From positions 4,058 through 68,057 of the forward strand of contig CAZFLN010000006.1 in assembly GCA_964519905.1 (NCBI GenBank): a DNA stretch of 64,000 bases, read 5' to 3'. The translations under genes and the position numbers were made by a program. This stretch comes from an uncultured Pseudomonadales bacterium. Lineage in GTDB: Bacteria > Patescibacteriota > Microgenomatia > UBA1400 > UBA1396. Below are positions 38,711 to 48,481 of the stretch, one piece after another (the stretch's first letter is position 1; every line of letters begins with the position of its first letter). Under the pieces are notes generated by a model. The model saw nothing but the letters and a program-made list of their open reading frames with translations. It was not told the origin of the DNA and ran no database searches.

Positions 38711-39718
38711 CTACTCGAGAGGCGTACTCTCCATCGTTTCCAATTGTGCTAACACCACGCCGCGACGTAAGTACGTTCCTTCTGGTACGCAAGTAATGAG
38801 CTTGAGTTGGCGGGCGTTATATTCTTGTTCCAGGATGTACATATCCTCTGGTTTTACTTCTACTTTCTTCACCACTGAGTATGTGTAGCGAATTCCGTCA
38901 TAGTCTATGTAAATTTTTTCTCCAGACTGCATGGTCATAATTTTACTAAAAATTGACATGTATCGGCGTGGGTTTTTTTCACTCGGATTGTAGAACTGTC
39001 GGAGCACCGAGTGGCCAAAAATTACTGGAGCGCCAAAATCTCCTGGATCAGCGGTTCCAGGATACTGAATAAGATTGTTATCAAGATCCGTTCCGCCAAC
39101 TTTTACGACTGCGTTTTCAATGCCTAATGTTGGAATGTGGAGTGTGTACTCCTCTACTCTTTGTTGTGCGACTGCCTCATCGGCAGCATGAGCAACACCA
39201 GAAGGGAACCAATTGCTGAGGTTGGTGTAATCCAAATTATCTCGAATGATTTTAGGACGCAGTGCTTCTGGAGTGGTAACGGTGTTTTGAGCTTGTGCGA
39301 GGACACTGCTTTGTCGGATCACTGGATTGTCTGGAACGGGAGAAACGAGCTGCTGCTGCTGCAAAAATGGAGAGGTGAAGACTAAGTATGAAGCAATTGG
39401 CCAGAGTGCATTAGCCAAGATAATCGTTCCCACTCCAATAAAAGCGAGTGGAAAAAAGCGAAACATACTTTGTTTGGTATGCATTTTATTTTGCCGAAAC
39501 CAATGCTGCCGCACAAATTTTTCCCAGCGCTTACGATGCTCTTTCTCAAGACTTTCCCGGAACGCCTCTTCTCTTTGCAGCAAAACAGGGAGTTCAATGC
39601 GGATTTGAATGACATTGTGAGACTCTGGATGTATTGGCAGTTTTTGAGTTGCTGGTGTATCCAGTTCGTCTAGAAACCAGTCTCGAAGATTTCGGAGGCC
39701 AGAGAAAAAAGACAACAT
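38711..39718 (-). CDS. sortase-family transpeptidase
   Basis: N-terminal TM; catalytic His (VIFGHS), TLxTC-like LITCVP Cys, conserved Arg (RRGVV). Confidence 0.75.
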   Translation of the reverse strand: MLSFFSGLRNLRDWFLDELDTPATQKLPIHPESHNVIQIRIELPVLLQREEAFRESLEKEHRKRWEKFVRQHWFRQNKMHTKQSMFRFFPLAFIGVGTIILANALWPIASYLVFTSPFLQQQQLVSPVPDNPVIRQSSVLAQAQNTVTTPEALRPKIIRDNLDYTNLSNWFPSGVAHAADEAVAQQRVEEYTLHIPTLGIENAVVKVGGTDLDNNLIQYPGTADPGDFGAPVIFGHSVLRQFYNPSEKNPRRYMSIFSKIMTMQSGEKIYIDYDGIRYTYSVVKKVEVKPEDMYILEQEYNARQLKLITCVPEGTYLRRGVVLAQLETMESTPLE

Positions 39719-39719
39719 G

Positions 39720-41969
39720 TCAGCGATCCAATTTAATATTTACCTGAATACGATTCTGATCACTTGGAACGCTTGAGAAGAACCACTTTGCCCAGGTTGG
39801 GTGCAAAGACACTTCTTGTTTTGCAATAGCGGGTTGTTCTGCTAACAGTGTTTCAGCTCGTCCTTCGTACTGCCCGGCAATAATCTCTTTCAAGTTTTCC
39901 GCGAGCACTCGGCTTACTTTTTGTCCGCTCACCACCGCTTGCAGCGAAAAAGTTTTTCCATCCGAGGAAACTGAAATGTCTCGGGCGCTAAACTTGACAG
40001 TGTCTGGCAAGAGTTCTTCATTTTCAGACAGTTGTGTCGCCAATAATTTGTTTCCTTCTTCGAGCGTTTGCTCTGCTGTGAGATGGAGTGCATTGGTCTT
40101 AGCCTGGAGGGAGACGGTCACAAACTTTGCCTCTTCTCCGACTTTCGGAGTGGTGACTATATTCCCAAGCGTAATATTTTGATTCGGGAAAACAGTGTCT
40201 CCAGCTTTTTCTTTTTGACCAAACAGTGTCGTGAGCTCTTGCAAAGCACTCGTTCGTAACTGCGCGACTGCTTGATCTACATCCTTTTGACTGGCAGCTT
40301 GAATTTCTCGACGACTTCCTCCAGCAAATGCTTCTGTTGAAACGGCTTCATAGGTAGAAGTGTCAAAATTTGCGATGGTGAAATTCACGTCCTTTTCAAG
40401 ATTATTTTCCGGACCAATCTCAATTGCTCGTGCGCGAGCGGATGCTTTGCCAAAAATGCTGGTGCTGGAACCAGTCGATTCTTGTGTAGACGCTGAAGCG
40501 ACTTGCACCTCTTCAGTCAGTTCGAAAGTCTTTCCGCCTGTTTGTAATCGAGTTCCCGCAGTAAATGTTTTGTTCTGACCTGTTTTATTAAAGATGGTCA
40601 CTGGTCCGCTGGCGGGATCTCCAGTAAGTTTGGTTCCGGTGGTTGGTACTTCCAGTTCGAGGGATACGGTCTCGGTGATAATATTTCCTGGGAATGCTGA
40701 AGTGGTTTGTGCCGAAGGAGTGGCTGTTCCAGAAGAAAATGAAAATTCTTCTTGAAGAAGTTCCGGCTTGAGCCAAATCGTAGCGGTTGCTGAGTATGTC
40801 TGGCGAGCGTTCCAAAACAGTCCGCCACCAGTCAAAAAGAGGAGCGCAGCACTGCCTGCCAGTATCCAGACTAATTTATTTTTTCCTGATAAATTGGGTT
40901 TTCCTGGCAACGAAAATGCTGGCCAAGAAAATGCTGGAAGCAAACTTTTCTTCGGTGCTTTGAAAGGAATTTCTTCGTCCAGTTCTTCTGGAAGATTTTC
41001 CTCGTATTCCTCTTCGATTGCGTCTTGGGCTGATCGATGGATCACAAAACCGGCCGGGCTTACCTCAGTGATTCGTGAACCTTCTTGTGGTTCAACATCC
41101 CACACAGTTGGCGCATGTACAGCAGCAACTGATTCTGGCGTGCCTGAATCTGTATTCAGGTCTTCTGCTGTGAGTGCTTGGAAGTCATCGTCCGGATCAG
41201 TGAGGGATTCTTCAAGAACGACCTCAGTATCAGAAAGTTCTGCCAGGTTTTCATCTCCGGGAACTGTTTCCGCTGTTGTATCCACTCGTTGCTGAAGAAT
41301 TTCTCCTCCTCCAACTTCTACTGCAATTCTCAGGAGGTCTTCAGCAGAAATGTTTTCAGCTGAGTTTTTGGTATTTTTCGTGAGAATTTCTTCGGTTGCA
41401 CCCTGTGTGGCAGGAGAAAGTGGAACAAAGATGATACGAGGCAGGTTTCGCACTTTTTTGAGACGGCTAGAAAACTCTGCTATATCTGCGGGTAAGTCAT
41501 GACTTTTGCCCACGATCTCGAGGCTTTGTGGTTGGCCGTTTTGGATTGTCTCGATGATCCATTCGCGAGGAGAGTCATAAATGATTCCCCCATTAAATTC
41601 TTGGGTCGATTGTTTTGCCTCGTGAGCGAGGATCGTGTCACTCAACACTACGTATCCGAGTGGCTCGAGCATTAAGTCATGGGTGAGCGAAGTAAGAAAT
41701 CTTTTTTTCGTTGGTGCTAGATCATTTTGTTCCACCCACTTTGGGGAGACGATAAAAACAGCCTCCTTTACGTCCAGGGCATCTGAACCGAGTTCATCCA
41801 AAGCGGTGTCAAATCCGCGAGAGATTTCAGCATCATGGTCAGAACTGACATCGATGAGATTTGACTGCGAAAGTATTCGTATGGAGCCAGCTGTTTGTTG
41901 CCAGAGGACCACTCCAACTTTCCCAGGAAAAACAACAAAGGCGAGATAGGAACCAGCGGCAGGACTCAT
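39720..41969 (-). CDS. 749-aa membrane-anchored protein with large extracytoplasmic domain
   Basis: central TM (LVWILAGSAALLFLTGGGLFW); stop overlaps the sortase start (TGACATG); no LPxTG. Confidence 0.5.
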   Translation of the reverse strand: MSPAAGSYLAFVVFPGKVGVVLWQQTAGSIRILSQSNLIDVSSDHDAEISRGFDTALDELGSDALDVKEAVFIVSPKWVEQNDLAPTKKRFLTSLTHDLMLEPLGYVVLSDTILAHEAKQSTQEFNGGIIYDSPREWIIETIQNGQPQSLEIVGKSHDLPADIAEFSSRLKKVRNLPRIIFVPLSPATQGATEEILTKNTKNSAENISAEDLLRIAVEVGGGEILQQRVDTTAETVPGDENLAELSDTEVVLEESLTDPDDDFQALTAEDLNTDSGTPESVAAVHAPTVWDVEPQEGSRITEVSPAGFVIHRSAQDAIEEEYEENLPEELDEEIPFKAPKKSLLPAFSWPAFSLPGKPNLSGKNKLVWILAGSAALLFLTGGGLFWNARQTYSATATIWLKPELLQEEFSFSSGTATPSAQTTSAFPGNIITETVSLELEVPTTGTKLTGDPASGPVTIFNKTGQNKTFTAGTRLQTGGKTFELTEEVQVASASTQESTGSSTSIFGKASARARAIEIGPENNLEKDVNFTIANFDTSTYEAVSTEAFAGGSRREIQAASQKDVDQAVAQLRTSALQELTTLFGQKEKAGDTVFPNQNITLGNIVTTPKVGEEAKFVTVSLQAKTNALHLTAEQTLEEGNKLLATQLSENEELLPDTVKFSARDISVSSDGKTFSLQAVVSGQKVSRVLAENLKEIIAGQYEGRAETLLAEQPAIAKQEVSLHPTWAKWFFSSVPSDQNRIQVNIKLDR

Positions 41970-42026
41970 GCAGCCAGTAAAGCAAAAAAATGCCTCCGCT
42001 GCAAGATCTTCCAGAGAAATGATCTC

Positions 42027-43871
42027 TTATTTCTGAGCTGCAAAACGCAAGTACACTCGGCGCACACCCGCACTGACCGGTTTTTGTTTAAAAACCTCGA
42101 TTGGACCAATCTCTCGTGTGTTGGTCACGTGTGGTCCGCCACAGAGTTCTTTACTTACCCAGTTTCCTGGCGTACCAACAGTGTACACACTGACAATATC
42201 TGGATATTTCTCATTAAAGAAGGCCAGTGCTCCTTGAGCTAACGCAGTCTCTTTTGGCAATGTTTCTTTGCTCACTGGGAGTTCATTTTGAATTTGCTCA
42301 TTAATCCATGTTTCTACAGAGGTGAGCTGTTCCGGTGTTAAAGCCGTGTCGTGAGAAAAGTCAAAGCGAAGTCGCTCTGCCGTAATATTTGAGCCCTCTT
42401 GATGCACATGATCCCCGACAATTGTCCGGAGTGCCGCGTGCAACAAGTGAGTTGCTGTGTGGTATCGAGTGGCTTCTGCAGAGTGATCAGCGAGACCACC
42501 CTTGAATGTTTGAGCGGATTGCGCGCGAGAGAGATTCTGGTGCTGCTCAAATTGTGATCGAAACTCGCCGTCGTCTACACGCTGCCCTCTTTCGCGCGCA
42601 ATCTCTTGCGTCATCTCGAGTGGGAAACCGTAGGATTGATAAATTTGGAAGGCAACTTGTCCGTCAATTGTCTGGAACTTTTCCAGTTCGCGCAATCCAG
42701 TTCGCAGGGCACGAGTGAATTTTTCGACTTCTTCAGCCACGGTTTGAGCGATAGTATCTCTATTTTTCTCCAGCTCAGGGTACTGCATGGTGTAGGCCAA
42801 GTTACTGCAGAACTCGTTTACGATTTGTCGACTGAGAGCAGCATACTGTGTTTCTGGAATGCCAAGCTTGAACATTTCGCGGACACTTCGGCGGATGAGC
42901 CGTCGAAGAACGTATCCGCGCTCTTTATTACTTGGTTGAACTCCATCCTGTACCATGAAGACACTGGCTCGAAGGTGATCAGCGATAATGCGCAGACTCT
43001 TTTTGGCAGTTGAGTCACTGTAAGACTGCCCACTGGTTTGTTCTAAAAGATGAATGACAGGCGCGAACAACTCAGTCACGTAGGCATCTGGTTCTGAAAT
43101 GCTGCCACCAATCCAGTTCAAGATGGCGAGCATTCGCTCGAATCCCAAGCCAGTATCGACGTTATTTTTGGCGAGCTTTTCAAATGTTCCATCTGCAGTT
43201 TTGTTGTACTGCATGAAGACATTATTCCAAACTTCCACAAAATCGCTTACGTCCTTGGCGGGTTCATCTGAAAATCCGGGTGCAAATGGATTCGCATCAC
43301 CTGTGTAGTAAAAAATTTCAGTGTCTGGGCCACATGGTCCGGTTACACCTGCTGGTCCCCACCAGTTTTCGGATTTTGGATAGGCATAAATTCTTTTTTC
43401 AGGGTGTTGTACGCCTGCTTTGGTGAGAACTTCCAACCAAATGTCATACGATTCAGTGTCCTTTGGTGCGTCACTGTCGCCTTCAAAGATTGTGACAAAC
43501 AGTTTCTCGGCATCGAGTCCAAGGTATTCTGGACTAGTAAGAAAATCCCAACTCCAAGTGATTGCTTCTTTTTTGAAGTAATCACCAAGCGACCAGTTGC
43601 CGAGCATCTCAAAAAAAGTTAAGTGTGTCCGATCGCCAACTTCTTGAATATCAACGGTACGAATACACTTTTGGATATCAACCAGTCGAGTTCCCTCTGG
43701 ATGAGGTTGTCCGAGCAAATATGGCACGAGTGGGTGCATCCCAGCGGTGATAAACAAAGTCGTTGGATCGTTATCTGGAATAATACTGGCAGAAGGAATC
43801 ACCGCGTGCTTTTGCTTTCGGAAGTAATCAAGAAACAGTGTTCGAAGTTGTTGCGCAGAGATGGTCTTCAT
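42027..43871 (-). CDS. alaS: alanyl-tRNA synthetase, short form (catalytic plus editing domains only)
   Basis: FITAGMHPLVPYLLG and THLTFFEMLGNWSLGDYFK class II motifs; HTATHLLH plus CGGPHV editing motifs; start at MKTISAQQ; only 614 aa. Confidence 0.85.
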   Translation of the reverse strand: MKTISAQQLRTLFLDYFRKQKHAVIPSASIIPDNDPTTLFITAGMHPLVPYLLGQPHPEGTRLVDIQKCIRTVDIQEVGDRTHLTFFEMLGNWSLGDYFKKEAITWSWDFLTSPEYLGLDAEKLFVTIFEGDSDAPKDTESYDIWLEVLTKAGVQHPEKRIYAYPKSENWWGPAGVTGPCGPDTEIFYYTGDANPFAPGFSDEPAKDVSDFVEVWNNVFMQYNKTADGTFEKLAKNNVDTGLGFERMLAILNWIGGSISEPDAYVTELFAPVIHLLEQTSGQSYSDSTAKKSLRIIADHLRASVFMVQDGVQPSNKERGYVLRRLIRRSVREMFKLGIPETQYAALSRQIVNEFCSNLAYTMQYPELEKNRDTIAQTVAEEVEKFTRALRTGLRELEKFQTIDGQVAFQIYQSYGFPLEMTQEIARERGQRVDDGEFRSQFEQHQNLSRAQSAQTFKGGLADHSAEATRYHTATHLLHAALRTIVGDHVHQEGSNITAERLRFDFSHDTALTPEQLTSVETWINEQIQNELPVSKETLPKETALAQGALAFFNEKYPDIVSVYTVGTPGNWVSKELCGGPHVTNTREIGPIEVFKQKPVSAGVRRVYLRFAAQK

Positions 43872-43935
43872 GGTGGTGATTATATCAAGAAACGAAGGCT
43901 TGACTCGCACGCATTTTTTTGGCAATAATGGAGAC

Positions 43936-44337
43936 ATGTTCTTTAGTATTTTCGGCGGACGCAAACAAGAAACAGATCCACATTTTTCTGTGGAGTCATC
44001 AGAAGATGAAGCTGCGATTCCAACATCGTCGGTGATTGAGGCTCCTGCTGGTGAGGCTCATGGTCCAAGTATTTCGACAGAATCCCCAGTGGTGGCGAGT
44101 CCTGAAATGCCGCTTGTTGTTCAACCGACAGTTGAAGATTCTGCAGGCCCTGTTGGAGAGCGCGCTTCTTATCCTGTTCGGATGGTTGATCCTAAATCGG
44201 ATACTCCAGTTCCTGAGAATGTGATTACTATCGCGGCTCCAATTGCAGAATTTGAGAAACCTTCTATTGAAGCAGCAGATCAAAGAAGGACACCTATTGC
44301 GCAAGAATTTGTTCGAAGTCGTTTGAGTAAAGAATAA
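43936..44337 (+). CDS. hypothetical Pro/Ser-rich protein
   Basis: ORF 43861..44337 overlaps the alaS 5' end; downstream Met chosen. Confidence 0.3.
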   Translation: MFFSIFGGRKQETDPHFSVESSEDEAAIPTSSVIEAPAGEAHGPSISTESPVVASPEMPLVVQPTVEDSAGPVGERASYPVRMVDPKSDTPVPENVITIAAPIAEFEKPSIEAADQRRTPIAQEFVRSRLSKE

Positions 44338-44364
44338 TAATTAATAACTAAGTAAAGGCCTGCC

Positions 44365-44886
44365 ATGAATACCTTTTCACAAGATCTCAGAAACAAAAGT
44401 GTTTTCCAGTTGCTCGGGACGTCCGAGACCGAAAATCAAGAAGACGATCTCAAGCTCGCCGAACTTGGTACGCTCCGTCAATTGGTGCTGAATTTACAAA
44501 CCAACGGTGTGTCTGCCACTGAGTCTCAACCGCTCTCGGATGACTTGAGTGCTTTGGAGTCAGTCTCCAGTGAGGAATTTCCGACTCGTTTAGATGCTTT
44601 TTATGGCAAACTTTCAGAAAAGTACGGCGAGCAGCTTGAGTCGATGCTGGAGAAGGCTGTCGAAGATTTCAAGGTTGATGTGCTCCGCGAACGCATTCGC
44701 TTCTTGCAGGAAAGTATGCAGTCATATATTGACGGCATTTTCTCTCGTGCAAATGATTTACTCAAAGCGGAAGATCTGAATCAATTGCTCCCTTATTTAG
44801 ACGAGGTGCAAACCTATTTGAAGTCAATTGAAAAGTCTGAATCAGAGCCTACTCCAGCTGATAAGCCAGCTGAACTAAGTCTGTAG
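44365..44886 (+). CDS. hypothetical acidic protein
   Basis: 173-aa ORF, helical, Glu/Asp-rich. Confidence 0.4.
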   Translation: MNTFSQDLRNKSVFQLLGTSETENQEDDLKLAELGTLRQLVLNLQTNGVSATESQPLSDDLSALESVSSEEFPTRLDAFYGKLSEKYGEQLESMLEKAVEDFKVDVLRERIRFLQESMQSYIDGIFSRANDLLKAEDLNQLLPYLDEVQTYLKSIEKSESEPTPADKPAELSL

Positions 44887-44899
44887 TTTTCTCACCTCC

Positions 44900-45595
44900 T
44901 TACCAGAGAGTAAAAAGAAGCCAAGTACCCATAATAATCATGGTTATTCCGCCGATGATTCGCAAAGCAGATCCAAATTTCTGAATCTTCCCTTTGAGAG
45001 CTTGATTGAGCCGGTCAAAACTGATCCCAAAAAGCGTGAATGGGATGGTGATTCCAGCGCTAAATGCCAGGAGTAAGAAAATTGCATGGGCAAGATTGTT
45101 TTGATTCGCAATCCAAAATAAGATCACCGCGAGCACCGGACCAATGCATGGTGACCAGCCCCAAGCAATTCCGGCTCCAAGTAAAAAGCCACGTAACGCA
45201 ACACTTTTTTGTGCCCATTTTGGCGAAGAAAAATGATACTCCCGGAGCAGTGGTGTCCAACGAATAATTCCTAAGAACATCAATCCAATAAGGATGGTGA
45301 GTATTCCAGCGATAACATGTAGGTACACTTTATAGCTTGCGACGAGATAAGAAAACTGCGCCAGTAGGACGGCGAGCGCGGTAAAGGAGAAGAAAAAACC
45401 GAAAGAAAATGCCAAGCTCGCGATCAAAAGTGGCCGACGTTTTACAGGCATTTGTTGCGTGCTCCCCATTTCTCCGCTCAAGTATCCAAGATACATTGGC
45501 AAGAGTGGAAAAAAACAGGAGGCAAAAAACGCTCCTACTCCAGAAAAGAAGGCAATGAGAATGTTTACTTGTGAGCCATCAAAATCAAAGAGCAT
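44900..45595 (-). CDS. ccdA: CcdA/DsbD-family thiol-disulfide electron-transfer membrane protein
   Basis: six TM helices with FFASCFFPLLP and WSPCIGPVL conserved Cys motifs. Confidence 0.75.
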   Translation of the reverse strand: MLFDFDGSQVNILIAFFSGVGAFFASCFFPLLPMYLGYLSGEMGSTQQMPVKRRPLLIASLAFSFGFFFSFTALAVLLAQFSYLVASYKVYLHVIAGILTILIGLMFLGIIRWTPLLREYHFSSPKWAQKSVALRGFLLGAGIAWGWSPCIGPVLAVILFWIANQNNLAHAIFLLLAFSAGITIPFTLFGISFDRLNQALKGKIQKFGSALRIIGGITMIIMGTWLLFTLW

Positions 45596-45646
45596 ATCGG
45601 TTATTTCTTGTATTCAGTATAAATGAGTTGGTGTGTTTACGAAACA

Positions 45647-45671
45647 AGCGGGGAGCACTAAGTGCTCCCCG
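45647..45671 (-). terminator. hairpin downstream of the dsbA-like gene
   Basis: gcggggagcac-taagt-gctccccgc inverted repeat; weak T-tract. Confidence 0.35.
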
Positions 45672-45697
45672 CTTGTAGAATTGTTCAATATCTTTCA

Positions 45698-46429
45698 TTA
45701 AAGATAGCGATCAATTGCCAGCTTTACTTGGTCAATTGGGAGTGCACCGTTGATGAACTCGCCTTCACCATCTTCAGTAAGAACGATTGTTCCTGGAGTA
45801 CCAGTCACACCAGCAGCTGTTCCGTTGGCCATATCGGCAGCAACTTTTTCAGCATACTTGCCACTGTCAAGACAGGTCTGGAACTGAGCTTCATTTACGC
45901 CAGCGGTTTTGGCAGCGGACAAGATAGCAGCTGGAGTGAGTGATCCACCCAGTTTGTCTTGTTCTGCAAAGATTGCATCAGCGAATGACCAGAAGCCATT
46001 GTTTCCACGTTGTTCAGCGACACACTCTGAGGCTTCAGCCGACTTTTGAGCATTTGGGTGGAAGGACAATGGATAGTGACGGTAGACCCATCGAACGTCA
46101 TCTCCGTATTCATCCAACACTTGTTTCATGGTTGGATGGAATCGAGAACAGAATGGACACTCAAAATCAGAGTACTCAATAAGCGTGATTTTGGCGTTAG
46201 CATTTCCACGAACGTGATCAGTGTCATCAACTGGTCGAACGGCAGCCAAGTTTGCTGTTGGGGCAGCAGCAAGGTCGTCTCCGCCCACAATTTGGGTTCC
46301 AGCTCCTGTTGGGCCAGCACCTTGTTTCAGGTAACGAACCTCAGTCAGCAACATACCAATCACAAAGGCAGCCGCGACCATGAGACCAGTGGTAAGCCAC
46401 TGCTGCCATTGATTTTTAACTTCAGCCAT
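45698..46429 (-). CDS. DsbA-like thioredoxin-fold thiol:disulfide oxidoreductase
   Basis: N-terminal TM; CPFC active site in ITLIEYSDFECPFCSRF. Confidence 0.8.
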   Translation of the reverse strand: MAEVKNQWQQWLTTGLMVAAAFVIGMLLTEVRYLKQGAGPTGAGTQIVGGDDLAAAPTANLAAVRPVDDTDHVRGNANAKITLIEYSDFECPFCSRFHPTMKQVLDEYGDDVRWVYRHYPLSFHPNAQKSAEASECVAEQRGNNGFWSFADAIFAEQDKLGGSLTPAAILSAAKTAGVNEAQFQTCLDSGKYAEKVAADMANGTAAGVTGTPGTIVLTEDGEGEFINGALPIDQVKLAIDRYL

Positions 46430-46613
46430 TTTTCTCCTTTTTTTTGCTCTTTATGAGTCTTACTACGCAGTGTAGTGGACTTTCGGTTGGTTCGTCAAGC
46501 CTGACTTCTCGTGTTCTCATTTCAGAAACGACGAGCTACTGGAAACTCGCCAACACAGAGCTAGCTCAGGGCTTATAATAGGCCTAACTTAAAAACACCT
46601 GTGAAAGACGCCT

Positions 46614-48476
46614 ATGGCAAGTTCGCCCCTTCCTGCATATTCTCCATCTTTGGAGATGGTGCTGCGTACCTGGGTGCAGAGTGTTTTACAGTCGCAAGGG
46701 ATTGTGCTTGAAGATGAAAAAATTTTCTGGGAGCGACCTGCTCAAGAATCTCACGGTGATTGGGCAACTCCATTAGCGTTGCAACTTTTTCAGCAGCGAG
46801 CAAATTGGCCAGAATCTCCACTCTTTGTAAACGCCAGCTCTCCACGAGCGGTTGCTGAACAGTTGCTCCAGTTGCTTCAAGATGATCAATCTTCTTCGGT
46901 CGAGCCAACATGGATAGACTCTCTTTCGGTGGCTGGTCCTGGTTTTATTAATGTGCGTCTCAGTGAGTCCTACTGGCTGCAGATTCCGCATATGATTGTT
47001 TCTGCCGGAAACGAATTTGGCCGCTTGGATATTGGGGCTGATCAAGTGTGGGAAGTTGAGCATACTTCTCCGAATCCGAATAAAGCCATGCACCTTGGCC
47101 ATTTGCGCACCAATGTGACCGGTATGTCTCTCGCCAATATTTGGGAAGCAGTTGGTGTAAAAGTCATTCGTGAATCAGTCGATAATAATCGCGGAATTTC
47201 GATTGCGAAACTGATGTGGGGATTCTTGAAATTTGCTCGCAAGTCGACAGATACTCCAATAGACCTTGCGTATTGGTCTGAAAATCCAGAAAAGTGGATG
47301 ACTCCTGAAGAATCTGGTCAGCGACCTGATCGCTTCATGGATAATCTCTATGTTCAAGGTGCTGCTGACTGTGAGAGTTCTCCAGAATCAGAAGCGCTGG
47401 TTCGACAGTGGGTGGTAGATTGGGAAGCCAAAGATCCGCTCAATTGGAAGTTGTGGCGTCATGTTTTGGAGTACGTCTACGAGGGTCAGAATCTGACATT
47501 AGAGCGATTGCACAATCACTTTGATCATGTCTGGCATGAACACGACCATTATGAAGCTGGAAAAGAATGGGTGCAACAAGGGGTTGAATCTGGAGTGTTT
47601 CGTCAGCTGGAAGACAGCGCCATTTTGACCAATCTAGAGACGTATAAAATTCCAGATACGGTTGTTCAGAAAAAAGATGGAACCTCGTTATACATTACGC
47701 AAGATATTGCTCTTACAAATTTGAAGAATCAGGCCTATCAACCAGATCGTTTAGTCTGGGTGGTTGGTTCTGAGCAGTCGTTGGCATTGCAACAAATGTT
47801 TGCGGTCTGTGAGCAGCTGGGAATTGTGACTTTGCAGCAGTGTGAGCATATCAATTACGGCTTTATGAGTATAAAAGGCCAAGGGAAAATGAGTTCTCGT
47901 AAAGGAAATACCATTTTTATTGATGACCTTCTTGATATGGCACGAGACTCGGTGCGCAGTCGCATTCAAAATGATGATTTAAGTGAAACCGATAAAGATG
48001 CGGTAGCGGAGCTACTCGCAGAATCGGCTGTGAAGTACGCTATTCTCAAGGTTGGGCGCACGACCGATACTCAATTTGATGTTGAAACCTCGATCTCCTT
48101 GGAAGGAGATTCTGGTCCATACTTGCAGTACACGCATGCTCGCTGTTGTTCTATTTTGCGACAGGCAGAAAATGATTTAGTAGTTTCTGGAGAGTTTGAC
48201 TCATCGCTTCATCCAAGTGAAGTGGCACTGGTTCGCTGGCTTGATCGCTACCCAGAAATCGTTTCTGAGGCTGCGCATGCTGCTGCTCCAAACATGATTG
48301 CTCAATACCTGTATGAACTTGCACAGCGCTTTAATGCGTTTTACTCTCAAGTGAGTGTCCTCAATGCTGACTCGGCAGCCGCTCGAGCGCATCGTTTGCA
48401 GGAAGTTCGTAGTGTGGCTCAGGTGCTGAAATCGGGCTTTGCGCTACTTGGTTTTGCTGCGGTTGAGCGAATGTAA
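46614..48476 (+). CDS. argS: arginyl-tRNA synthetase
   Basis: class I HIGH-type KAMHLGHLRT; KMSSRKG (KMSKS); C-terminal DALR anticodon-binding domain. Confidence 0.85.
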   Translation: MASSPLPAYSPSLEMVLRTWVQSVLQSQGIVLEDEKIFWERPAQESHGDWATPLALQLFQQRANWPESPLFVNASSPRAVAEQLLQLLQDDQSSSVEPTWIDSLSVAGPGFINVRLSESYWLQIPHMIVSAGNEFGRLDIGADQVWEVEHTSPNPNKAMHLGHLRTNVTGMSLANIWEAVGVKVIRESVDNNRGISIAKLMWGFLKFARKSTDTPIDLAYWSENPEKWMTPEESGQRPDRFMDNLYVQGAADCESSPESEALVRQWVVDWEAKDPLNWKLWRHVLEYVYEGQNLTLERLHNHFDHVWHEHDHYEAGKEWVQQGVESGVFRQLEDSAILTNLETYKIPDTVVQKKDGTSLYITQDIALTNLKNQAYQPDRLVWVVGSEQSLALQQMFAVCEQLGIVTLQQCEHINYGFMSIKGQGKMSSRKGNTIFIDDLLDMARDSVRSRIQNDDLSETDKDAVAELLAESAVKYAILKVGRTTDTQFDVETSISLEGDSGPYLQYTHARCCSILRQAENDLVVSGEFDSSLHPSEVALVRWLDRYPEIVSEAAHAAAPNMIAQYLYELAQRFNAFYSQVSVLNADSAAARAHRLQEVRSVAQVLKSGFALLGFAAVERM

Positions 48477-48481
48477 GAATT

